Origin: Christensenellales bacterium | GTDB taxonomy: Bacteria > Bacillota > Clostridia > Christensenellales > JBMNTQ01 | DNA length: 40,556 nt | NCBI GenBank assembly: GCA_050945815.1 | Contig: JBMNTQ010000003.1 | Location: 1 to 40,556 of the forward strand | Direction: 5' to 3' | Shown here: positions 1 to 9,384 of the stretch, one piece after another | How positions within the stretch are numbered: the first letter of the stretch is position 1 | Layout: each line of letters starts with the position of its first letter | The notes under the pieces: generated by a model | What the model saw: the letters and a program-made list of their open reading frames with translations, nothing else | Told to the model about the DNA's origin: nothing | Databases searched by the model: none | Translations under genes and position numbers: made by a program

Positions 1-947
1 TGGTTGAGGGCCGTGTTGATGGCGATCTGGGCAGCTTTATCTACGTCCTGCTTGACTGTCGTAAGCTGGGGGTAGTAGGTGTCGCCTAGAATGCCGTCGA
101 AGCCTACAACGGAGAGCTGGGCGGGTATGCCAAGGCCGCAGCTGAATGCCCGCTGTATCACTCCTTGGGCTACAAGATCGTTGGTGCATAGGACGGCCGT
201 GGGCGCATCGGGCAGCGAGAGGAGATGGTCGAGGGCACAAACGCCGCTTTTTATATTCATGTTGTCGGCACGGCAGATATATTCCTGCGGCACGCCCAGC
301 CCATGACGCTGCATGGCGGCCTGAAAGCCCTCGAAGCGGCGCAGGGAGGAAACAACATCCTGTACGCCGGCGACGGCTATCTTGCGGTGGCCCAGGGAAA
401 CAAGATGGTCGACTGCTAGAGCTGCACCGCCAAAGTTATCGGAGGTAATGACCGGGATATCGCTGCCTCTGGGCATTTCTACCATACGGTCGATGGACAC
501 GCATGGGATGCTGCCCGCGATTTCCCGTACCAAGGCGAATGGTATGCCTTCGGTTAGGATCAGGGCGGAAACCTGGATGCCTTGGAGGTATTTGAGATAT
601 TTGCTTTCCCGCTGGACATCGTTTTTCGTGTCGCAGATGATTAAGGTGTAGTCACGGTCGAAAGCCAGTTCATTCAAGCGCTGGATCAGCATCGTGAAAA
701 AGGGGTTTGCAATATCGTAGACGAAAAGCCCCAAGGATTTGGAATCCCGTGCGAAGAGCTGTTTGGCCAGCTCGTTGGGGATATAGTTGTGTTCCGCTAT
801 GACTTTTTGGATGCGCTCGTATAACTCCGGCGTTACTTTTTCCGGGTGGTTGATGGCACGGGATACTGTGGCGATGGAGACATTGCACAGCTCCGCGATT
901 TGGCGGATGTTAACCGAGCGTCTTTTTTTATGGGGTTGGTGGGTCAT
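1..947 (-). CDS. LacI/GalR-family transcriptional regulator (3' end runs off the window; absent from the ORF track)
   Basis: Manual translation from ATG 947: MTHQPHKKRRSVNIRQIAELCNVSIATVSRAINQPEKV...NYIPNELAKQL...LGLFVYDIANPFF...SDNFGGAALAVDHLVSLGHRKIA...TNDLVAQG...LSVVGFDG...PQLTTVKQD. This gives the LacI HTH, hinge helix and sugar-binding core. ATGA overlap with the upstream kinase stop. Confidence 0.95.
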   Translation of the reverse strand, partial: MTHQPHKKRRSVNIRQIAELCNVSIATVSRAINHPEKVTPELYERIQKVIAEHNYIPNELAKQLFARDSKSLGLFVYDIANPFFTMLIQRLNELAFDRDYTLIICDTKNDVQRESKYLKYLQGIQVSALILTEGIPFALVREIAGSIPCVSIDRMVEMPRGSDIPVITSDNFGGAALAVDHLVSLGHRKIAVAGVQDVVSSLRRFEGFQAAMQRHGLGVPQEYICRADNMNIKSGVCALDHLLSLPDAPTAVLCTNDLVAQGVIQRAFSCGLGIPAQLSVVGFDGILGDTYYPQLTTVKQDVDKAAQIAINTALN

Positions 948-2425
948 AGGCTGCATACCTCTAAGAATGTATCATATTGAGAGGCGCGAAGCGTTTCCTG
1001 GGGCGAATAGGCCACAGAATCGATGGAATCGCGCAGGATATTTCGTACAGCGGCTAGGCTATGATCTGCCGCTTTGTGGTAGATCAGCTGTACGCCGATG
1101 TTGCCTAGGGAAGTGGCCTCGTAGGGGCCGGCAATGACCTGCTTGCCAGTGGCGTCGGCACAGAGCTGGTTTAGGAATTGGTTCTGGGCGCCGCCGCCTA
1201 CGATGTGCAAAGTGGGGTATTCCTTTTGTGTGATGGCCGCGATATCGTCGGTTACGGCTTTGTAGCAGAGGGCCATGGACCCGTAAACTGCACGGATAAC
1301 CTCGGCATGACTGCAATTCTCCTTTTGGCCTGTTTGCGCCAGCAGCTTGCGGATGGCTTCCAGCATGCTGGGAGGATTGAACAGCGACGGATGGTTGGGG
1401 TTGAACACGAGGCTTGCATCCTCGGCTTGTTTGCCCAAAGACACGATTTCATCCCAGGAAAGGTCGATCCCTTGGGCGCGCAGTTCGCGGCGAACCCGCT
1501 GGATGATGAACATGCCCGCGGAGTTTTTTAGGAAGGTGGTGGTGGAGAAGGCGCCGCCTTCATTGGCAAAGCCCTTTTCATAGACTGCATCGCTTATGAT
1601 GGGCTTTTGCAGCTCGGTGCCAATCAGGCCCCAGGTGCCGGAGCTGACATACAGGAAATCCTCGGAGGATGCCGGGATGGCCGCGATGGCGCAGGCCGTA
1701 TCGTGGGAGGGGACGCAGATGAACGGACATGCGTTGATGTGCAGTTCGTCTGCAATGCTGCGCTTGAGGCAGCCGATCAGCTCAGCGTTTTGTACCAAGG
1801 GCGGGAGAAGGGCTGGGTCTAGATTCCAGTGCTGTAAAACCGACTGGGAATAATCGTTGTCGGTTACGTTGTAGTATTGGGTGGTGCTGGCGATGGTGGG
1901 TTCGCCCCGCTGTTCGCCGGTAAAGAGGTAGACCAAAAGATCCGGGATGAGCAGCAGGCGGTCGGCTATGTCGTAGGTTTCCGGGAAAGCCCGGCGGTAG
2001 CCTAGAAGCTGGTAGATTGTGTTGATTTGATCGTTGTGGATGCCGGTTTGGTCGAACATGAACCGGCGGGTGTTGCTGTCGAGTTCGCTTAGGACGCCGG
2101 CAGCCAGGCTGTTGCGGTAGCACATGGGATTGCCTAAAAGCTGCCCCTGCTTGTTTAACAGGCCAAAGTCGATGCCCCAGGTGCAGACGCCTACGCTGTC
2201 GATGCGGCCACACTTGCGATAGGCCATTTGCAGACCTTTTTGCAGTTCGTGGAAGATGTGGAGGATATCCCAATAGAAGATGCCCTGCACTTCAATCTCA
2301 CGGTTTTCTACTTGGTGGACCACTTCCATGTGGATGCGCTTGCCGTCGTATTGGCCCAAGACCACCCGTACAGACGAATTCCCACAATCGAATGCTACAC
2401 AGTTTAATGAGTTTTTCGCTTGCAT
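944..2425 (-). CDS. Rhamnulokinase/fuculokinase-like FGGY-family sugar kinase (substrate uncertain)
   Basis: Motifs AFDCGNSSVR, TWGIDFGL, SHDTACA, SSGTWGLIG, NEGG, VGGGAQN, GPYEATSLGN are typical of RhaB-like kinases; RBS GGAGGT. Confidence 0.88.
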   Translation of the reverse strand: MQAKNSLNCVAFDCGNSSVRVVLGQYDGKRIHMEVVHQVENREIEVQGIFYWDILHIFHELQKGLQMAYRKCGRIDSVGVCTWGIDFGLLNKQGQLLGNPMCYRNSLAAGVLSELDSNTRRFMFDQTGIHNDQINTIYQLLGYRRAFPETYDIADRLLLIPDLLVYLFTGEQRGEPTIASTTQYYNVTDNDYSQSVLQHWNLDPALLPPLVQNAELIGCLKRSIADELHINACPFICVPSHDTACAIAAIPASSEDFLYVSSGTWGLIGTELQKPIISDAVYEKGFANEGGAFSTTTFLKNSAGMFIIQRVRRELRAQGIDLSWDEIVSLGKQAEDASLVFNPNHPSLFNPPSMLEAIRKLLAQTGQKENCSHAEVIRAVYGSMALCYKAVTDDIAAITQKEYPTLHIVGGGAQNQFLNQLCADATGKQVIAGPYEATSLGNIGVQLIYHKAADHSLAAVRNILRDSIDSVAYSPQETLRASQYDTFLEVCSL

Positions 2426-2445
2426 GGTTTGCTACCTCCAAACAA

Positions 2446-3375
2446 TTATTGTGCGCCGGCAAAGACTGGGATGCCCATTTTCTCTGCCAAGCTTAGGTAG
2501 GGAGCAAGATCTGCTTTTTGCAGCGGCTCCAAATCTTTTAAGGCATAGTCTTTGCCCAGACAGTCGTACTTTGGACCGCCCAGCCTGTGGTAGGGCAGAA
2601 GCTCGACGCTCTTGAAGCCGCCGCTAAGACCGGCCACAAACTCAAACATGGATGTCATATCCGCCAGGTTGTGGTTGAAGCCGGGGATGACCGGGATGCG
2701 CACAATGACGTTTTCGTGCTGTGCGCAGATTGCTTTTAGATTGGCCCGGGGGACTGTGCCCGCCTGAGCAGTGTGTTGACGCAGCTTTTCGTCGTCTGTA
2801 TGCTTTAAATCGAAAAAGACCAAGTCTAACAGCGGTAAACTGGGCGCTATGTTGGTGAAAGGTACGGCGCCGCAGGTTTCGATGGCAGTGTGCAGGCCGT
2901 TGGCTTTGGATAGATGCAGCAGCGCCTGCAAGAAGACCGGTTGGGCGAAGGGTTCGCCGCCGGAAAAGGTGACGCCGCCGCCGGAGTTCTCGTAGTGCCT
3001 TTTATCGCGCAGGACAACATCCAGAACATCTTGAGCCGAGACCTCTTTGCCGGAAAGCTTCCGCGCGCCGTAAAAACAATTCTTTTCACATAAGCCACAC
3101 CGGGTACACAGAGAAAGATCGGTGACCAGCCCATATCGCTCGGAGTCTGAGATGGCGCCGGTGGGGCATTGGGCTACGCATTTACCGCAGCCGCTGCATT
3201 TGTTTGCATAGAACAGGATATCCGTTTGCACATTTTGGGATTCCGGGTTGGAACACCACAAGCAACGCAAAGGACAGCCTTTTAAAAACACCAGCGTACG
3301 GATACCTGGACCGTCTTCGATCGCATAGCGTTCAATATCAAATATGATTCCTTTTTTTCTTCCCCAGTCTGTCAT
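2446..3375 (-). CDS. Glycyl-radical enzyme activating protein (radical SAM, with 2x[4Fe-4S] ferredoxin insert)
   Basis: DGPGIRTLVFLKGCPLRCLWCSNPES (CxxxCxxC); CSGCGKCVAQCP and CTRCGLCEKNC; GGGVTFSGGEP; HTAIETCG; ELLPYH.LG..KY. Confidence 0.95.
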   Translation of the reverse strand: MTDWGRKKGIIFDIERYAIEDGPGIRTLVFLKGCPLRCLWCSNPESQNVQTDILFYANKCSGCGKCVAQCPTGAISDSERYGLVTDLSLCTRCGLCEKNCFYGARKLSGKEVSAQDVLDVVLRDKRHYENSGGGVTFSGGEPFAQPVFLQALLHLSKANGLHTAIETCGAVPFTNIAPSLPLLDLVFFDLKHTDDEKLRQHTAQAGTVPRANLKAICAQHENVIVRIPVIPGFNHNLADMTSMFEFVAGLSGGFKSVELLPYHRLGGPKYDCLGKDYALKDLEPLQKADLAPYLSLAEKMGIPVFAGAQ

Positions 3376-3539
3376 GCTTACACACCTCGTTGTAGATTTC
3401 CGGCGAGCCTTGGGAGGGCGGATTAGAATTGTGGTCGAGAGGGCTGATGAAGCTTTAAAAATCTGAATGTTGTCGGTGCGGATTGGTACACTAGCAAAGT
3501 ATCAAGAAAGAAGCTTGAATAAGTCGGTTACAAAACATG

Positions 3540-3553
3540 TGAAACATGTTACA
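3540..3553. promoter_or_regulatory. Putative LacI-family operator TGAAACATGTTACA (12/14 palindrome) over the predicted +1
   Basis: The palindrome lies immediately downstream of the -10 box of the activase operon; a second AAACATGT copy sits at 3533-3540. Confidence 0.65.
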
Positions 3554-3558
3554 AGATA

Positions 3559-3587
3559 ATTGTAATACACCTTTTGTGTAAAGTCAA
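3559..3587 (-). promoter_or_regulatory. SigA promoter of the activase-kinase-LacI operon
   Basis: Minus strand reads TTGACT-17 bp-TACAAT. Confidence 0.8.
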
Positions 3588-3634
3588 GATGAAGCGGAGG
3601 ATTTGTTGCAAAAAAATACAAAAAAATGGTAGGC

Positions 3635-3675
3635 AAAAGAAACCGGGCTTTGCTTTTTACGGCAAGCACGGTTTT
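3635..3675 (-). terminator. Intrinsic terminator of ychF
   Basis: Minus strand AAACCGTGCTTGC...GCAAAGCCCGGTTT imperfect stem followed by CTTTT. Confidence 0.6.
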
Positions 3676-3701
3676 GCATCTTTTTAATGATTTTTTGCTG
3701 C

Positions 3702-4793
3702 TTAGACGTTGAAGCGAAAGACGATGACGTCGCCGTCCTGGATACGGTAGTCTCGCCCTTCCAGCCGCATCAGCCCCTGTTCTTTGGCGGCCTTCTCACT
3801 GCCCAGCCGTATCAGGGTTTCGTAGTCGATCACTTCGGCGCGGATGAAGCCCCGTTCGAAGTCGGTATGGATTTTGCCTGCTGCCTGGGGAGCGAGGGTG
3901 CCGTCTTGGATGGTCCACGCTCTGACTTCAGCAGGCCCTGCCGTTAGGTAGCTGATCAGCCCCAGAAGGGAATAGCTGGCGATTACCAGGCGATCCAGAC
4001 CGCTTTCTCCGATGCCCAATTCGTCCAGGAAGGCTTGTTTTTCGTCTGATTCAAGGCCGGCCAGTTCTTCCTCGACTTTGGCGCAGATGGAGATTAGCGC
4101 TGAGCCTTCTTGCTCGGCGTAGGCGCGCAGGACGCTGACATAGCGAGATTCCTCTTGGCCGATGTCGTCTTCTGAGATGTTGGCTACATAGATAGTAGGT
4201 TTGGCCGTAAGCAGAAAGAGAGAATCTGCCAGAGATTGCTCTTCATCGTTTAAAGAAATGGAACGGGCCATGACGCCGCTTTCTAGTTCCTGATGGATGC
4301 GCTTTAAAGTTTGGACTTCCCAAGCAAGCTTCCTATCGCCGCTTTTCGCTGCTTTGCTGGAGCGTTGGATGCGGCGCGATACAGTGTCCATATCTGCAAA
4401 CAGCAGTTCGAAATTGATGGTTTCTACGTCGCGGATTGGGTCGACGCTGCCGTCTACATGGACGATGTTGCCGTCGTCAAAGCAGCGTACCGTCTGGATG
4501 ATGGCGTCGACTTCGCGAATATGGGATAAAAAACGGTTGCCTAGGCCTTCGCCGGAATGTGCCCCGCGCACCAGGCCGGCGATGTCTACAAATTCTATTA
4601 TGGCCGGCGTAATCTTTTCCGGATGGTAGAGCGCCGCAAGCTTGTGCAGCCTATCATCTGGCACCGCCACAACACCTACGTTGGGCTCGATGGTGCAGAA
4701 GGGATAGTTTGCGGATTGGGCGCCCGCTTTGGTAATGGCATTGAATAAGGTGCTTTTGCCCACATTGGGCAAACCGACCACTCCGAGCTTCAT
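3702..4793 (-). CDS. ychF: Ribosome-binding ATPase YchF
   Basis: GVVGLPNVGKSTLFNA, ANYPFCTIEPN, DIAGLV, GEGLGN.FL, C-terminal TGS domain (GKIHTDFERGFIRAE...FRFNV). Confidence 0.98.
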   Translation of the reverse strand: MKLGVVGLPNVGKSTLFNAITKAGAQSANYPFCTIEPNVGVVAVPDDRLHKLAALYHPEKITPAIIEFVDIAGLVRGAHSGEGLGNRFLSHIREVDAIIQTVRCFDDGNIVHVDGSVDPIRDVETINFELLFADMDTVSRRIQRSSKAAKSGDRKLAWEVQTLKRIHQELESGVMARSISLNDEEQSLADSLFLLTAKPTIYVANISEDDIGQEESRYVSVLRAYAEQEGSALISICAKVEEELAGLESDEKQAFLDELGIGESGLDRLVIASYSLLGLISYLTAGPAEVRAWTIQDGTLAPQAAGKIHTDFERGFIRAEVIDYETLIRLGSEKAAKEQGLMRLEGRDYRIQDGDVIVFRFNV

Positions 4794-4956
4794 ATGATGT
4801 ATCTCTCCTGTTTGGATTTTTACCGTATTCTGACGGATAGTAGCTTAACCAAACTAGTATACTTTATTTTGTAAAGGAAGGGAAGTATAAACCAGATTTT
4901 ACATAAAAGGGATATATTTGATAGAAAGCAGACAGAAATTAACTGGGAAAAGCCGG

Positions 4957-4985
4957 GTATAATCTTAATCCAATTGCAAATAATA
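4957..4985 (+). promoter_or_regulatory. Possible forespore SigG-type promoter for spoVT
   Basis: GTATA-17 bp-AATAATA resembles the SigG consensus GHATA...CATAATA; spoVT is SigG-dependent in B. subtilis. Weak match. Confidence 0.3.
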
Positions 4986-5062
4986 GCATTGCATAGAAAA
5001 TCAACCTTTGGAACGAATAAGGTTAGAAAGAGAATGAGAATGGGCGGGAGGAAGCAGAGCAT

Positions 5063-5614
5063 ATGAAAGCGACCGGAATTGTCAGAAGAATTGATGAGCT
5101 TGGGAGGGTGGTCATACCAAAAGAGATCAGGCGGACGTTGCGCATTCGAGAGGGAGACCCATTGGAGATTTTTACCGACCGGGACGGCGAGGTAATTTTG
5201 AAAAAATATTCACCAATAGGGGAGTTGAGTGATTTTTCTAAGGAATATACGGAATCGCTCTACCACTCGATGGGGCATGTTGCTTGTATTTGCGACAAGG
5301 ACACGGTGGTTTCCGTAGCCGGCACTGGAAAGCGTGAGCTGTTGGACAAGGCGATCAGTTTGCAGCTGGAGCAGCTGATCAATGAGAGAAAGAAGCTGGC
5401 GGCAACTAAGGGCGCAGGCTTTATCAGCATTACGCAGGATGAAGAGGAGAGCATGAAATATCATGCGCAGGTGATTGTGCCCATTATTACGGAGGGTGAC
5501 GCCATTGGCGCCGTGATACTATTGAGCAAGGATGAGGGTGTTTCTATGGGGGAGGCGGAGATTAAAGTAGCTGAGACGGCAGCGCAATTTATTGGGAAGC
5601 AGATGGAACAATAG
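5063..5614 (+). CDS. spoVT: Stage V sporulation protein T (AbrB-like DNA-binding domain + GAF)
   Basis: MKATGIVRRIDELGRVVIPKEIRRTLRIREGDPLEIF...ILKKYSPIGEL; C-terminus ETAAQFIGKQMEQ. Confidence 0.98.
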   Translation: MKATGIVRRIDELGRVVIPKEIRRTLRIREGDPLEIFTDRDGEVILKKYSPIGELSDFSKEYTESLYHSMGHVACICDKDTVVSVAGTGKRELLDKAISLQLEQLINERKKLAATKGAGFISITQDEEESMKYHAQVIVPIITEGDAIGAVILLSKDEGVSMGEAEIKVAETAAQFIGKQMEQ

Positions 5615-5637
5615 CGGCGAGAGCCTAGGATACAGCG

Positions 5638-5677
5638 AAGAAGGCACGGCATTTTGGCCGTGTCTTCTTTTGTTTTT
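5638..5677 (+). terminator. Intrinsic terminator after spoVT
   Basis: AAGAAGGCACGGC-loop-GCCGTGTCTTCTT followed by a T-rich tract. Confidence 0.8.
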
Positions 5678-5855
5678 GCGAGCAGCCTGATTAGGGGGCA
5701 TCGGGGCTGTGGCGCGGGGGAATATTTTCAGGGCGGTAGACTAAGTAGCAGGGGCGGCGCGTATAATGGTTGAGACAATTATTTTTGGATATATGTACCG
5801 AACCTATAAAGTTTGGTATAATACTACTGTTTGGCAGATGCCTTCAGGAGGGTAC

Positions 5856-7487
5856 ATGAGCAAAAAAACTTTTGTCAGAGGTGCCGCAATACTGGGTATT
5901 GTAGGCCTTATTGTAAAAGTGATCGGGGCGTTTTACCGCATTCCCCTGACCGCCATTATTGGCGAAGAAGGAATGGGGATTTATCAGATTGCGTACCCGA
6001 TCTACACCTATCTCTTGGTGATTTCTACATCGGGGCTGCCTACGGCGATTTCTAAGATGGTGTCTGAGAAGGTAACCCTGGGAGATTATCGCGGCGCTCG
6101 GCGTGTTTTCAAGGTATCGTTTCGTTTATTGCTGGTGCTTGGAGCGGTGTCTACCGCCGTTCTTTGGTTTGGAAGCGACCTGATTGCCGGCTGGCTGGGC
6201 GACCATCTCGCTGCTACTGCCATACGCTATATTGCACCGGCGCTTTTCTTTGTGTCTGCGATGTCTGCTTATCGGGGCTATTTTCAAGGTATGCAATCCA
6301 TGGCGCCCACGGCTGTTTCCCAACTGGTGGAGCAGGTGGGGAAGCTGGCGATCGGGCTTTATTTGGCCAACGCATGGTTTAATATGTATTTGCCCCAGGG
6401 TCAGGGGATGGCTGCGGCTATGGGGGCTGCCGGCGCGATGATGGGCGTTTCGCTGAGCGAGCTTGCGGCGTTGGTTATGCTGATGGGCGTGCATAGGGGC
6501 AAGAAGAACCAGCTTCGTCCCTATATAAAGGCCAGCCCCAAATTGTCGCAGGAATCCTTCGGCCGGGTGGGAAAGAATTTGGCAAAGATTGCTATACCGG
6601 TGACGGTGGGCGCATCGATTACTCCGTTGATGGGCATGATTGATGCGGCCATTATCAACAACACCTTGCAGGCGGTTGGGTATGCCCTGAGTGAATCGCG
6701 GGCGATGTACGGCGTTTTGACCGGCGTTGTCAACACGCTGGTGAACATGCCTGCTGTGTTTACTGTGGCGTTGGCTATGAGCCTGGTTCCTGCTATTGCG
6801 GAGTCTAAGGCGAGGCGGGATATGAGGCAGCTGCGCTCCCGGGCGGGTACGGGGCTGAAGATTGCGATGCTTATCGGCTTGCCCTGCGCGGTAGGGTTGG
6901 GGATTTTTGCCCAGCCTATTATCCATCTGCTCTACCCCAGTTTGTCGGAGGCTAATACGCTGTTGTCGATTCGTCTGTTGGAACTGATGTCGTTGGCGGT
7001 ATTCTTTATTTCTTTGCTACAGGCTATGACCGGGGTTTTGCAGGGGATGGGGAAGGTGAATGTGCCGGTTTTTAACCTTTTGATCGGCGCAGTGATAAAA
7101 ATCGTGATTAGCCTGGTGTTTATTCGTGTTGAGAGCATTAACATCTACGGCGCGGCATTGGGCAGCATTGCCTGTTATGCGACAACGGGTATTTTGAATG
7201 TGGTGTGTATGGTGCGCTTGGGGGGCATACGGTTTAAAGCTTTGGATTATATTGTCAAGCCGGTGATATCGACCGCTGTTATGGGCGCTGTTTCCTACCT
7301 GGCTTACCGGGTTTTGGAAGGGGCGGCGGGCGCAAACATGGCTTTGGCCGTTGCGATTGTTGTAGCGGTGGTGGTTTATGCTGTGCTGATTGTGCTGACT
7401 AAGGCGTTGAGCAAGGATGATTGGGCCTATTTGCCCGGCGGCTACAGAATACAGAAGCTGCTTGGAAAAATTGGTATTATGAAATAG
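5856..7487 (+). CDS. yabM: MOP/MurJ-SpoVB-family flippase (YabM-like polysaccharide biosynthesis protein)
   Basis: KVIGAFYRIPL, GLPTAISK, RGYFQG, SQLVEQ, many TM segments; spoVT-yabM-yabN synteny. Start moved to ATG 5856 after AGGAGG. Confidence 0.88.
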   Translation: MSKKTFVRGAAILGIVGLIVKVIGAFYRIPLTAIIGEEGMGIYQIAYPIYTYLLVISTSGLPTAISKMVSEKVTLGDYRGARRVFKVSFRLLLVLGAVSTAVLWFGSDLIAGWLGDHLAATAIRYIAPALFFVSAMSAYRGYFQGMQSMAPTAVSQLVEQVGKLAIGLYLANAWFNMYLPQGQGMAAAMGAAGAMMGVSLSELAALVMLMGVHRGKKNQLRPYIKASPKLSQESFGRVGKNLAKIAIPVTVGASITPLMGMIDAAIINNTLQAVGYALSESRAMYGVLTGVVNTLVNMPAVFTVALAMSLVPAIAESKARRDMRQLRSRAGTGLKIAMLIGLPCAVGLGIFAQPIIHLLYPSLSEANTLLSIRLLELMSLAVFFISLLQAMTGVLQGMGKVNVPVFNLLIGAVIKIVISLVFIRVESINIYGAALGSIACYATTGILNVVCMVRLGGIRFKALDYIVKPVISTAVMGAVSYLAYRVLEGAAGANMALAVAIVVAVVVYAVLIVLTKALSKDDWAYLPGGYRIQKLLGKIGIMK

Positions 7488-7499
7488 AAGGAAAGATGG

Positions 7500-8915
7500 A
7501 TGGGTATAACGATAGTAGGTATGGGCTATGGAGGCGCGCAGGATTTGACACAGGCGGCGTATAAGGTTATATGCGGCGCTGGGCGTTTGTATGTGCAGAC
7601 GGCGCGTCATCCGGTTGCGAAGTATTTGGAAAACAATGGGATAGCTTTTCATTCTTTGGACAAGCTATATGAGAATGCTGCGGATTTTGATGAGCTGAAC
7701 CAGAGAATTATTCAGGAAATAAGCGGGCAAGATTGTGTTTTGGGCGTTTTGGGCGACGGTGTTACCGGCAATGCTGTTGTGGAACGGTTGTTGGCGCAGG
7801 GCTTGGCAGACAGGATTGTTCCCGGTGTTTCCCTGCAGGCGGCTTCGGCTGCGCTGCGCTCGTGCTATGGGGGCTGTGTGATGGTGCCTGCTGCTGCTTT
7901 TGCCCAGACTGTGCCGGGGGAGCAGCCGATGGCCTTCTTTGAGCTGGATCGGCCGCTGCTGGCGGCGGAGATTAAACTGCATTTGCAGGAATATTATCCG
8001 GATGAGACCGAGGTGACGCTGGTTTCTTTGGGGGCGGGAGATTTTTCCGTGCGGGATTTGCCCCTCTTTGAGCTGGATTGGCAAAAGGATTGGGATGCGT
8101 TTACCTGCCTGTTGGTTCCGGCGCTGGATTTTGCTGCGCTGCGGCGTTTTGGCTTTGGACAGTTGGCCGACATTATGGTGCGGCTGCGGGGCCCGGGGGG
8201 ATGTCCTTGGGACCGGGAACAGACCCATGAAAGCCTGAAGCAGAACCTTTTGGAGGAATGCTATGAGGTGTTTGAGGCGATTGACGAGCAGGACGATGAC
8301 AAACTGTGTGAGGAATTGGGCGACGTTCTTTTGCAGGTGGTGTTTCATGGGATGATCGCCCAGGAGCAGGGGCGTTTTAGTTTGCGGGATATCATAACCG
8401 GGCTGTGCGAAAAGCTGATTCGGCGGCATCCGCATATTTTTGGACACGCTTACGCGCCTACGCCGGACGCTGTGGTAAACAGCTGGGAGACTATCAAAAA
8501 GCGGGAAAAGGGGTTTTCCTGCCAGAGCGAGGTTTTGAAGAGCGTACCCGTTTGCTTGCCGTCGCTGATGCGGAGCTATAAAGTGCAAAAGAAGGCGGCG
8601 AACGTGGGGTTTGACTGGGAGGATCCAAAGGACGCTTTTTTAAAGATTGAGGAGGAAACCGGTGAACTTCGGGAGGCTCGGGGTGAACAGGTGCGGGAAG
8701 AGCTGGGAGATTTGCTGTTTGCTGTGGTGAATGTGGCGCGGATATTGAAAATCGAACCGGAACTGGCTTTAAAGGACGCGATTGATAAATTTATCCGCCG
8801 TTTTGAGGCGATGGAAACGCTGGCTATGGGGGCTGGGAAGCAGCTTTTTGATATGCGTCTGGAGGAGATGGATGGGCTATGGGATGCTGTCAAGGCGGCT
8901 GAGAAGGACGAATAG
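7500..8915 (+). CDS. yabN: Tetrapyrrole-methylase-like/MazG nucleotide pyrophosphohydrolase (YabN)
   Basis: N-terminal ITIVGMG methylase-like domain; MazG motifs GCPWDREQTH, EELGDVLLQ, KLIRRHPH, EELGDLLF. Confidence 0.93.
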   Translation: MGITIVGMGYGGAQDLTQAAYKVICGAGRLYVQTARHPVAKYLENNGIAFHSLDKLYENAADFDELNQRIIQEISGQDCVLGVLGDGVTGNAVVERLLAQGLADRIVPGVSLQAASAALRSCYGGCVMVPAAAFAQTVPGEQPMAFFELDRPLLAAEIKLHLQEYYPDETEVTLVSLGAGDFSVRDLPLFELDWQKDWDAFTCLLVPALDFAALRRFGFGQLADIMVRLRGPGGCPWDREQTHESLKQNLLEECYEVFEAIDEQDDDKLCEELGDVLLQVVFHGMIAQEQGRFSLRDIITGLCEKLIRRHPHIFGHAYAPTPDAVVNSWETIKKREKGFSCQSEVLKSVPVCLPSLMRSYKVQKKAANVGFDWEDPKDAFLKIEEETGELREARGEQVREELGDLLFAVVNVARILKIEPELALKDAIDKFIRRFEAMETLAMGAGKQLFDMRLEEMDGLWDAVKAAEKDE

Positions 8916-8969
8916 GCAGATTTTTTAAAAGAAAACGCCCAGAATAGCGGAATTTATTGGAAAAGAGTG

Positions 8970-8998
8970 TTGCAAGTTTAGGACAACCCATGTAAAAT
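8970..8998 (+). promoter_or_regulatory. SigA promoter for hup
   Basis: TTGCAA-17 bp-TAAAAT. Confidence 0.7.
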
Positions 8999-9047
8999 AG
9001 CCGATAGAAACCAATGGATTTTTTATAATGATAAGGAGGAACATGCT

Positions 9048-9320
9048 GTGAATAAAACTGAACTTATCGCCGTTGTGGCTGAAAAGGCGGAAATCTCTAA
9101 AAAGGAAGCCGAGAAAACTGTGAGTGCTTTTGTAGAAGCTGTAGGCGAAGCGTTGGCGAAGGGTGAGAAGGTACAGCTGGTGGGCTTTGGCACGTTTGAA
9201 GTAAGGCAGCGGGCTGCTAGGAAAGGGCTCAACCCCCTGACTAAACAGGAAATCGACATTCCCGCTTCTAAGGCTCCCGCCTTCAAGGCTGGTAAGGCGC
9301 TGAAAGAGAGAGTCCAATAA
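9048..9320 (+). CDS. hup: DNA-binding protein HU
   Basis: MNKTELI...[25 protein letters not shown]...[11 protein letters not shown]. Confidence 0.98.
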   Translation: MNKTELIAVVAEKAEISKKEAEKTVSAFVEAVGEALAKGEKVQLVGFGTFEVRQRAARKGLNPLTKQEIDIPASKAPAFKAGKALKERVQ

Positions 9321-9336
9321 GCTGATAGGAACCAAG

Positions 9337-9365
9337 CAAAAGCCGGAGTATTCCGGCTTTTGTTG
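9337..9365 (+). terminator. Intrinsic terminator after hup
   Basis: CAAAAGCCGGA-GTAT-TCCGGCTTTTG. Confidence 0.75.
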
Positions 9366-9384
9366 TTGGAGAGGAGGGCGTTTT

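Noticed and set aside
37-1137. Small ORFs listed at the window start
   Set aside because: They overlap the real LacI gene (minus strand, <1-947) and the end of the kinase.
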